18,643 bases of DNA from Candidatus Thorarchaeota archaeon (GTDB lineage: Archaea; Asgardarchaeota; Thorarchaeia; Thorarchaeales; Thorarchaeaceae), in NCBI GenBank assembly GCA_003345595.1, contig PRDI01000092.1:1-18643 (forward strand), read 5' to 3'. Under the pieces are notes generated by a model that saw only the letters and a program-made list of their open reading frames with translations, did not search any database and was not told the origin of the DNA. Positions 7,775-15,139 of the stretch are shown here, piece by piece. The number at the start of each line of letters is the position of its first letter. The first letter of the stretch is position 1. The position numbers and the translations under genes are program-made.

Positions 7775-9919
7775 TCAGTTCACGGCATAGCTCTGCGGGA
7801 CTGGAACACTCACAGTCTTGGTAGTGTGAAGCCGTGTCACATGGTATGGAGCAAAGGCAACGCCACCGGCATGGTAGAACTTGCTGAACCATTCTACAAA
7901 GTGAAGCCTGAGTGCGTGCATGAAGGCCAAGAGACCCTCGAGCATTCCCACGATTATTGAACCCAAGACAGCCCCAACCACAGGAAGATAGGCACCAGAA
8001 GGGATGAGTTCAACACCAAAGATCGAGAGCTCAGAGAAAGTGATGACTATGGATTCGTTCAGAGAGATGAAGATCCCGCTGAGTATTATGTGCACTGTGT
8101 TGAGAGCGAAAATACGAGCATAGCTGACGGTATGACTGATTGTACCTATGGCGTTCTCGAAGAATATGACAATGCCGTCCATTCCACCCTTTGCAGATGA
8201 TATAGCCATCAGAACAAATGGTACAATGAATGTGAGCAGTGTGAAAACGAGAGGACTGATTGGAACCATTGGATAGATACCATTGTTGCCTGTACCGTAT
8301 CCGATACCGGCAATCGGGATCCAGAGGTACACTGTTCCTGTAGTGCTAAACCACTGTCCTACTGTGCTGTAACTCACGCCAAAGACCAGATTGATGAAAC
8401 CCAGGTACATCCAGACGTAGGACAATGCCACCAAGGCCTCACGGTAAGACCGGTGTTTGAGCTTGTTGTAGAGATTCAGCAGGATTCCTAGGGTGATGTG
8501 AAGTGCACCAATCTCAATCGATAGTTTCAGCATGTGTGCCGAGCGATACGGATTGGCCACGCCAGCAATCTTGTGAGCGAACAGCGGCCAGATGGGCTCT
8601 ATCACAGTTTCAGCCCCAAAGAAGCTCCCGAAGAGCAGGCCGCCAAGCATTGCAAACAGGCCCATCATCATAAGACCGGAAGCACCTGTCTGCAGATATC
8701 CGAGGGTCGACCCCCAGTTCTGGTGCTTCCTCTTTGCTCTCCATGCAACGAGACCTACCAATAGAATCAGAAAGCCCTGCCCGACATCCGCAAAGATGAA
8801 ACCGAATATCAGAGGGAATGAGATGAACATCAGCTTTGTAGGATCTAGGTCGTGTTTGGATGGCACACCGTATGCCGTGACAACACCCTCGGTTGTCTTC
8901 ATGAATGAGGGGTTGTCAAGATATGTGGGAGCTTCCTCTTCGGCAAAGTCAGGGCGGTCGAACTTCACTTCAAGTGCCGAGCCCACCCTCTCCTGCAGCA
9001 AGGATTCAAAACGTTCCTCAGTCCCTTCAGGAATCCAGCCCCATACCTTCAGTGAGTGTTCCGTGTAAGCAAAGTAGGACTTGATTTCTATACGACGACG
9101 TTCGATATCGAGTGTTTCCCAAGCGGCCATGACCTTGGGTCCCCACTCGCGAGCAACAGACTTCCTTCTGGTTTCCAGCTGCTTGAGTTCGGTTTCGAGT
9201 TCGACCATCTTCTCCTCCGCTGCACGCACTATGTCCTCCGGGAGCCCAGATGTCTTCTCGGGTACCTCAAATGGCTCGAATCCCAATGCAGAGAAGATGC
9301 GCAAGACTGCCGGCTTCTTGTCAGCTCCGACACTGACACTCGCCACTGATGTGTTCTTACGCACTGGAATCGACCTAAAAGCATAGGCACCTTCTGTGAC
9401 CTCATTCAGGCTCCACTCCAACTGACTCACGCGATTTGCGGGCACCACGCCGGCTGTTGTGAAGGTGTATTCAGTGGTGGTCAGTCTGCTGAGGTCGAGG
9501 CCTAGAGGAGCAAGTGAAACAGCCACATCTCTGATGCTTCTCTGCCGGTCCAATTCAAGCCTGACAGTGGCAATGCTCTTCTCAATCTCAAGGGCTTCGG
9601 GCTCAACTGACTTGATCACTGTGCTAACATACTCCAACGAGTCCGCGAGACTTGCGTCATTCACATCGTCCATCGTGGCTGAGTAATGATGGACATCGAG
9701 CTTCAAGAACGAAACAAGGCTGTTGTAGCGGTCCAGACCAGCGAACACGGCATCCTCGTCTCTGGACCTTTTCAGTTCAGTCACGCCGACCTGATGGCGC
9801 ACATCTATGAACTCGAAGAAACCGAACTCCTCCAGCGCCACAATCACCTGTCGCTCAAGGTCCCTGTGCGCCACCACCTTGGCAACCATCATCTTGGCAG
9901 GACTCATCGTCAGATGCAT
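7775..9919 (-). CDS. atpI: A/V-type ATP synthase subunit I (a)
   Basis: Soluble N-terminal half with WGWIP, PTYLDNP and YGVP..DLDPT motifs, FGFIFADVGQG, essential Arg in SHTVSYARIFAL, and LRLHFVEWFSKFY. ATG 9919 has SD GGTGA 8 nt upstream; the ORF track gives GTG 9931. Confidence 0.96.
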   Translation of the reverse strand: MHLTMSPAKMMVAKVVAHRDLERQVIVALEEFGFFEFIDVRHQVGVTELKRSRDEDAVFAGLDRYNSLVSFLKLDVHHYSATMDDVNDASLADSLEYVSTVIKSVEPEALEIEKSIATVRLELDRQRSIRDVAVSLAPLGLDLSRLTTTEYTFTTAGVVPANRVSQLEWSLNEVTEGAYAFRSIPVRKNTSVASVSVGADKKPAVLRIFSALGFEPFEVPEKTSGLPEDIVRAAEEKMVELETELKQLETRRKSVAREWGPKVMAAWETLDIERRRIEIKSYFAYTEHSLKVWGWIPEGTEERFESLLQERVGSALEVKFDRPDFAEEEAPTYLDNPSFMKTTEGVVTAYGVPSKHDLDPTKLMFISFPLIFGFIFADVGQGFLILLVGLVAWRAKRKHQNWGSTLGYLQTGASGLMMMGLFAMLGGLLFGSFFGAETVIEPIWPLFAHKIAGVANPYRSAHMLKLSIEIGALHITLGILLNLYNKLKHRSYREALVALSYVWMYLGFINLVFGVSYSTVGQWFSTTGTVYLWIPIAGIGYGTGNNGIYPMVPISPLVFTLLTFIVPFVLMAISSAKGGMDGIVIFFENAIGTISHTVSYARIFALNTVHIILSGIFISLNESIVITFSELSIFGVELIPSGAYLPVVGAVLGSIIVGMLEGLLAFMHALRLHFVEWFSKFYHAGGVAFAPYHVTRLHTTKTVSVPVPQSYAVN

Positions 9920-10012
9920 CTGTGGCATCACCGTAGGAAGGGAGCTTTGGCCATGGAAACGTCGGGTCGTTGCTCTTTAGACAGACCGACTGACTGTCGC
10001 GCAGTTGCCGCT

Positions 10013-10023
10013 GATTTAAGGTT
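10013..10023 (-). promoter_or_regulatory. Promoter candidate AACCTTAAATC for subunit I
   Basis: Reverse complement of gatttaaggtt in the divergent intergenic region. Confidence 0.5.
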
Positions 10024-10093
10024 GGTGCTTCTGGGTCAGAGAGCAGGCGACAGAGAAAAGCTATGTAGAAGCAGACCGAATCCAGAAGGGGTC

Positions 10094-10103
10094 AACCTTT
10101 ATC
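10094..10103 (+). promoter_or_regulatory. Promoter candidate AACCTTTATC for subunits H-E
   Basis: TATA-like element ~50 nt upstream of ATG 10154. Confidence 0.5.
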
Positions 10104-10153
10104 AGGTGATTGCGTCGGGAAACCACAGCTTGTCAAGGCCGGAGTGTGCCATC

Positions 10154-10477
10154 ATGTGCGCAGCCGATGATGCGATAGACATCATACACGAAGCTGAAGA
10201 GAAGGCGACTAAGAGGATTCAAGAGGCTGAGATTGCTGTCAGACAGATGAGGGAACAGACTGAAGCAGAGGCCAAGCGGATTCTCCAAGAGGCTGAAAGT
10301 GAAACAAAGAAGGCAGCTGCGCTCTCCGGTTCAGACATCGCCAAACAGAAAGAAGAGATAGAGCGACGAAGCAGGAGAGACCTTGAAGCGGTCATCAACG
10401 GGATAGAAGAGTCTGCACGTAACCATCGGACAGCTGCGATCCAAGCTGTTGCCAAAATACTACTGGGGGAGAAGTAG
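10154..10477 (+). CDS. atpH: A/V-type ATP synthase peripheral stalk subunit H (G)
   Basis: 107-aa A/E/K-rich helix (AIDIIHEAEEKATKRIQEAE…AAIQAVAKILLG), directly before subunit E. SD-like GGAGTG at 10141. The ORF-track extension to 9686 is antisense to atpI and rejected. Confidence 0.82.
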   Translation: MCAADDAIDIIHEAEEKATKRIQEAEIAVRQMREQTEAEAKRILQEAESETKKAAALSGSDIAKQKEEIERRSRRDLEAVINGIEESARNHRTAAIQAVAKILLGEK

Positions 10478-10481
10478 TAGG

Positions 10482-11105
10482 ATGACCGGAGTAGAGAGCA
10501 TAGTTCAGATGATTGAAACAAAGGCGGCAGAAAAGGTAGACCAGATGACCAAGGAAGCCGAGGAACAGAGAGATCTACGGCTGAAAGACGCCAGGCAGAA
10601 GGCAGCGGCGATTGCGGAAGATATCAGGAGCAAGGCTGAGAAGGAACTCAAATCCGAACTGGCAAAGCATGAGGCAAGTATGAAGCTGAAAGCCAAATAT
10701 CTGGTGCTCGGAACGAAGGAGAAAGCCGTAAAGGATGTCCTGGAATCGGCAGTCAAGGTCGCAAAGAAGGAGATGGAGGGAAAGAAGTGCACCGATGTTC
10801 TGACGAGATTCGCTGTCGAAGGTGGCACTGCACTTGCTTCTCAAAACCTCGAAATCGTCTTCCCTGAGAAGCAGAAAGCTACCATAGACCAATCACAAGT
10901 GGCTAATGCCATATCGAAGAACCTAGGCCAGAAGGTGACCGTTTCAGTAGCCAAGGATACTGTGAGGGCATCGGGCGGCCTCATTGTCCGTTCAGGCGAT
11001 GGTTCCAAGTGGGTCGATAACACGTTCGAGGGACGAATGGAGCGACTGACCAGCCGGATGAGGGACGAGGCCGCTAGGATTCTCTTCGAGGAGAAGAGCG
11101 AGTAG
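10482..11105 (+). CDS. atpE: A/V-type ATP synthase subunit E
   Basis: N-terminal coiled coil and C-terminal SGGLIVRSGDGSKWVDNTFEGRMERL…ARILF signature. ATG lies 4 nt after the subunit H stop. Confidence 0.93.
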   Translation: MTGVESIVQMIETKAAEKVDQMTKEAEEQRDLRLKDARQKAAAIAEDIRSKAEKELKSELAKHEASMKLKAKYLVLGTKEKAVKDVLESAVKVAKKEMEGKKCTDVLTRFAVEGGTALASQNLEIVFPEKQKATIDQSQVANAISKNLGQKVTVSVAKDTVRASGGLIVRSGDGSKWVDNTFEGRMERLTSRMRDEAARILFEEKSE

Positions 11106-11115
11106 AACTGGGTCT

Positions 11116-11150
11116 GACGGAGGACTCTCCCGGAAGAGCACCTCCTAGTC
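11116..11150. terminator. Imperfect hairpin between convergent subunit E and K genes
   Basis: GAC-GGAGG-a-CTCT-cccgga-AGAG-ca-CCTCC-ta-GTC can pair into a bulged stem. Confidence 0.3.
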
Positions 11151-11180
11151 GCGGCCGCTCACTCATGCTCCATCATGGTT

Positions 11181-11585
11181 TCAGGTCGCAGCCATCAGCT
11201 GAGGTATGTACCCGAGTAGCAGAAAGGCAATCACTAGCCCGTAAATTGCGATTGCCTCGATGAAGACCACATAGAGTATGCTCTTACCAAAGGTTTCAGG
11301 CTTCTCTGTGATAGCTCCAAGAGACGCGGCAGCGGCCGTACCCATACCTAAAGCTGCACCAACGCCAGCAAGGCCCACGGCAAGACCCGCACCAACAGCA
11401 ATTCCAAGGATTGCCAAGCCGCCCGGATCAGTCAGGAGCGGCTCGATGATAGGCGTTGGAGATATGCTGAGAGCATTCAGGGCTGCAGAGCTAATCTGCA
11501 AAGCCAAGAATGATGTCACTGCTGCAAGCAGGGATACCCCTGCCACGAGCATAATGAAGCTAGTAGTGTATCTGTAGATTCTCAC
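11181..11585 (-). CDS. atpK: A/V-type ATP synthase proteolipid subunit K (c), single hairpin with extra N-terminal hydrophobic segment
   Basis: Gly/Ala-rich helix GAGLAVGLAGVGAALGMG, loop EKPE, and ion-binding Glu110 in FIEAIAIYG. GTG start with SD GGAGG. Confidence 0.95.
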   Translation of the reverse strand: MRIYRYTTSFIMLVAGVSLLAAVTSFLALQISSAALNALSISPTPIIEPLLTDPGGLAILGIAVGAGLAVGLAGVGAALGMGTAAAASLGAITEKPETFGKSILYVVFIEAIAIYGLVIAFLLLGYIPQLMAAT

Positions 11586-11601
11586 TAGATTGTGTCCTCC
11601 G

Positions 11602-12666
11602 TCACCATATCGTGATCATTCTTCTTATGATATCGGCTGACTCGCCTCGTTCGATCCCCACAGCAATAGACCTTATGTTCCGTATCTCGTAGAACTTCAA
11701 GGTGAAGAAACCTAACACAGTTCCTGAGTGAAACGGAAAGGCGCTCATAAGCAGTCTGACCTGCTGGGCCAAGTAGTCCTCAACCGCCATCTCGACATCG
11801 GCGAGGTCCTGGGTTTCCTCGTAGAGCCTCGCAAGTCGTCCCGCGAACTGCCCATACTTCGTCTTCTCTAGCTGGGAAAGGACTTCTCGCCAAGATGGTT
11901 GAATCCGTATTGATTCCGTGAGCATTTTCGACTTGGATGTGAACCGTATTAGCGACAAATCGATAGTGCGGGAGCCAAGCTTGAGCACAAGGGCACGTAG
12001 CATTGTCAAGACATTCCTGAGAATGACTCTGGTTTCCAGGAAACCTATGACCCTCTCTCTGTCATCAGCCGACAGTCTCTTGACAGCCTTGGCTACGGTT
12101 CTGAGAAACCACTCCTCAAGCGCTACTTCAAGCGGAGCCGTCGAGCCCAGGTCTTCGAAGGCTGGAAGCCTAGTCAGCAATGCCACCTTGATGTCACTGA
12201 ATGGTATGGCATCAACAAACTTCTGGACCGAGCCTGTGTCTACGAGCTGGGAGAACAGATCCACCTGTGCAGGGGAGGTCGGAACTGAAAAACGCAGTAT
12301 CTCATCTCGTTCGAGCCCAACATGAAGCCCGCGCACGATTGATTTCAGGCTCTCGGAGAGAAACATGCCCGTATAGGCCTGTGTGAATTCACGTACCCTG
12401 CCTGTCAGCGATCGCGCAATACTGTAACTGACTTCTGCAAAGTCCTTTGAGAGTATGATTGCGAGCTCATCGGGCGCAGGTATCCTCTGCGGGGACTCCT
12501 TGTTGACTTTCGGTCCGTAGTGCGTGTTTGCGAGGAGCTTCATGAACTCCTCGTAGCTGGTGGACTGCAAGAACCGTTCATAGTCGCCAACTGTCAGGAA
12601 TCGGGACTTGATGGCCCGGACCCGAGAGTTGACAAAACCATACTCGCTTGCAGCCTTTATGGCCAT
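11602..12666 (-). CDS. atpC: A/V-type ATP synthase subunit C (d/AC39)
   Basis: N-terminal YGFVNSRVRAIKSRFL and C-terminal KFYEIRNIRSIAVG motifs. Lies 16 bp upstream of atpK. Confidence 0.93.
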   Translation of the reverse strand: MAIKAASEYGFVNSRVRAIKSRFLTVGDYERFLQSTSYEEFMKLLANTHYGPKVNKESPQRIPAPDELAIILSKDFAEVSYSIARSLTGRVREFTQAYTGMFLSESLKSIVRGLHVGLERDEILRFSVPTSPAQVDLFSQLVDTGSVQKFVDAIPFSDIKVALLTRLPAFEDLGSTAPLEVALEEWFLRTVAKAVKRLSADDRERVIGFLETRVILRNVLTMLRALVLKLGSRTIDLSLIRFTSKSKMLTESIRIQPSWREVLSQLEKTKYGQFAGRLARLYEETQDLADVEMAVEDYLAQQVRLLMSAFPFHSGTVLGFFTLKFYEIRNIRSIAVGIERGESADIIRRMITIW

Positions 12667-12723
12667 TTGTCATGAACCGCCTTGTTCGACCCCAGGGGAA
12701 CGGGCTGTGCTGTCTGGAGGCAT

Positions 12724-12737
12724 GATATAAGGTTGAC
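12724..12737 (-). promoter_or_regulatory. Promoter candidate GTCAACCTTATATC for the atpC-atpK unit
   Basis: Reverse complement of gatataaggttgac, ~58 nt upstream of ATG 12666. Confidence 0.5.
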
Positions 12738-12808
12738 GACAACAATAGACCACGAGATAGCAGAAGAGTTCATATAATCAGTAGGCATCCTCCCTCAGGG
12801 CGGATGGC

Positions 12809-13390
12809 ATGACTGAAGAAAGCAAGACCCCCGGTCCTAAGAGCTCGGATCTGTTTGACATTGGCAGCCTGTTCAGGAGTTCAGCCACTATAACATTCGT
12901 AGTTCAGATTGTGTCTGTCATAGTGATGCTGGGCAGCTTGGCCGCGTACTATGTGGCCGGGTTACTACCCGAGATCAGCGCAGACCTTCTTGTATTGCTG
13001 CTCCTGGTGGGCATCATGATCACGATTGTCATTTTCTTGGCTGCATTGAGCATATTTGTGCGCTTCTCAAGACGAATCAGTGATGCGGTCATCGGGCCGG
13101 GGATTGAGAGGGTCAGAATGGACACACCTCGAGTCAAAGCTGTCGTGTACATGTACGCTCTACTTGTGGCCCTCATGGGCATAACCGGCGCATATGTTTG
13201 GTACCTGATTTACAAGGACGTCCTTGGGCCCATGGTTGCCACCTCACTGTCACTGCAGGTATTCAGCTTCGCTCTAGGAGCCTTCTTCATTGCGCTTCTC
13301 ATCCAAGTCATAGTCGCAGGAGTAGGAAGGAGTGCAACAAAAGTCATCACAGAGGTGCTTGATGCAGACGACTCGGAGTTTACTGCCTAG
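12809..13390 (+). CDS. Hypothetical 4-TM membrane protein divergent from atpC
   Basis: Four hydrophobic helices arranged as two hairpins, each followed by an amphipathic segment. TATA-like TTCATATAA at ~12769. Confidence 0.8.
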   Translation: MTEESKTPGPKSSDLFDIGSLFRSSATITFVVQIVSVIVMLGSLAAYYVAGLLPEISADLLVLLLLVGIMITIVIFLAALSIFVRFSRRISDAVIGPGIERVRMDTPRVKAVVYMYALLVALMGITGAYVWYLIYKDVLGPMVATSLSLQVFSFALGAFFIALLIQVIVAGVGRSATKVITEVLDADDSEFTA

Positions 13391-13721
13391 TTTCGTTTCG
13401 ATCGTCGTCGTCCACGTCGAACTCGACGTCTTCAGTGATCTCCTCCAACGTCGGTCTATAGGTGCGCTTCATCTTTGAAGTCTTTTCCATGCCCTCGTAG
13501 AACCGAACTGTGGCGAATACACCATAGACTCCAAGTGCAAAGCCTGCGATTGCACCGATGATAGCACCCCACGTAGATCCCTGTTGTCCCCACACAGACT
13601 GGCCCACTATCTGTCCGGCGAACATGAGTGCAATCACTGTGCACGGGAGCTCAGAAGCCACTGCAACCCACCGTCCCATGCCTTCAAAGCCACTGCTACT
13701 CTGCTGCCCGGACTGACTCAT
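13380..13721 (-). CDS. AtpZ/AtpI-like (ATPase gene1-type) 2-TM protein
   Basis: ASELPCTVIALMFAGQIVGQSVWG…WGAIIGAIAGFALGVYGVF resembles the 2-TM pattern of AtpZ/AtpI (G.L.G...G). Acidic tail. ATG 13721 is preferred over the ORF-track start at 13793. Confidence 0.62.
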   Translation of the reverse strand: MSQSGQQSSSGFEGMGRWVAVASELPCTVIALMFAGQIVGQSVWGQQGSTWGAIIGAIAGFALGVYGVFATVRFYEGMEKTSKMKRTYRPTLEEITEDVEFDVDDDDRNETRQ

Positions 13722-13837
13722 AGGTCTCTGTGCGCTTGCTATCACGAATATGAGTTTCGGTGGGCTTCTTACTTCAGAGTGTCCCTGACTCAATCCTTTT
13801 CTGTGGCTTCGACCACCGGTGAACCGAGGTAGTCGAG

Positions 13838-15130
13838 TTGAAGGTCAGCGTGAGAAATGGCAGCGGCGAGATACAGCTTGACATTCCCAAGCGGAACTTG
13901 GCCGGAGTCTATGCGCCGAAGAAGGCCCATTCGAGAACCAGCACAGCCACGGAACTTGAACGTGCCATGAACAGCCCTCACGGCCCGAGGCTCGAGGACC
14001 TTGTGATAGGCAAGAGCGTTTGTGTGCTCGTGGAGGACCACACAAGAGATGAGCCCCATATGGAGCTCCTGAGCGCAGTGGTTCCGCGGCTACGGCGCGC
14101 CAATCGAGTCCAGTTCATGATTGCCACAGGCTCACACGAGGTCAACCACCCAGCGAATCTGAAGATAGTGGACCTAGTCAAGAAAGCGGCAACCGATGCA
14201 GGGATTGAAAGATACGCGGTGAAGATAAATGACTGCCACGAGCCCGGTTTCGTCGATCTTGGGAGGACCAAGAGAGGAACCCCAGTGCTTGTGAACTCCA
14301 AAGCTGTTGGCCATGACGTTTATGTCGCACTTGCCGACATGAAGGCCCATTACTTTGCCGGCTACTCCAGTGCACTCAAGGACTTCCTCCCCGGAGTCTG
14401 TTCCTTTCAGACAATCGAAGCTAACCATGCGATGGCCCTAAATCCCAAGTCTACCTTTGGTCGACACCCGTACCATCCAGACCCGGCAAAGCGGGATAGC
14501 CCACTTGCCGACGACATGAGAGACGCCATGGAGATTATCACTAAGAATGCAAAGGTCTTCACTCTCTCAGTAATCTCAGACGAGAACAAGCTAGTCTGGA
14601 CAGAAGCGGGCAGTCTACAGCCTGTGATATCACGGGGAATTGCAGTGCTGGACGAAACTGACAGCTTCAATGTCAAGCCAACGCCCAGGATTATTGTTTC
14701 TCCTGGAGGTTACCCTCAGGACAAGAGCCTCTACCATGCGCAGCGGGCAATTGAGCTGACTAAGAACGCAGTTGCAGACGGCGGCGAGATTCTCTTCATA
14801 GCTGAGTGTAGGGATGGAGTGGCCCCAGAGGAAGCTGTCGAGAACTTCTACAACAAGCTCAAGGCTCCTCTTGATGAGGTCATTAGGTCAATCAGTGGAC
14901 AGTACCACCTCTATGAGCACAAGGCCTACAAGTTTGCAGAACTGCTCGAGAGAATCTCGGCGGTCAAGATGTACACGCTTCTAGACAGGAAGACAGTCGA
15001 GGATGTTCATCTTCAGAAAGTCGAGAACCCTCAGGCAGTCATTGATGCTTGGATTGATGAGGACCCCAAGACGAAGATACTCGTGTTCGACAAGGGCAAC
15101 AAGCTGGCGATATATCCGCTAGATGACTGA
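13838..15130 (+). CDS. larA: LarA-family (lactate racemase-like) nickel-pincer-dependent racemase/epimerase
   Basis: EDHTR, ATGSH, LGRTKRGTPV, HYFAGYSSALKDFLPG, EANH, SPGGYPQD and AECRDG motifs. TTG start with SD GAGGT. Substrate uncertain. Confidence 0.88.
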   Translation: MKVSVRNGSGEIQLDIPKRNLAGVYAPKKAHSRTSTATELERAMNSPHGPRLEDLVIGKSVCVLVEDHTRDEPHMELLSAVVPRLRRANRVQFMIATGSHEVNHPANLKIVDLVKKAATDAGIERYAVKINDCHEPGFVDLGRTKRGTPVLVNSKAVGHDVYVALADMKAHYFAGYSSALKDFLPGVCSFQTIEANHAMALNPKSTFGRHPYHPDPAKRDSPLADDMRDAMEIITKNAKVFTLSVISDENKLVWTEAGSLQPVISRGIAVLDETDSFNVKPTPRIIVSPGGYPQDKSLYHAQRAIELTKNAVADGGEILFIAECRDGVAPEEAVENFYNKLKAPLDEVIRSISGQYHLYEHKAYKFAELLERISAVKMYTLLDRKTVEDVHLQKVENPQAVIDAWIDEDPKTKILVFDKGNKLAIYPLDD

Positions 15131-15139
15131 TACTGTGAT

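Noticed and set aside
9928-9954. 8-codon upstream ORF MAKAPFLR* before atpI (minus strand)
   Set aside because: Its stop lies within the GGTGA SD motif. ORFs this short arise by chance and nothing else supports it.
9686-10153. 156-aa N-terminal extension of subunit H in the ORF track
   Set aside because: It is antisense to atpI and runs through the promoter region. ATG 10154 has an SD-like motif and gives a normal subunit size.
13400-13430. GTC repeats and the inverted repeat acgtcgaactcgacgt
   Set aside because: Explained by the codons of the acidic tail EDVEFDVDDDD.
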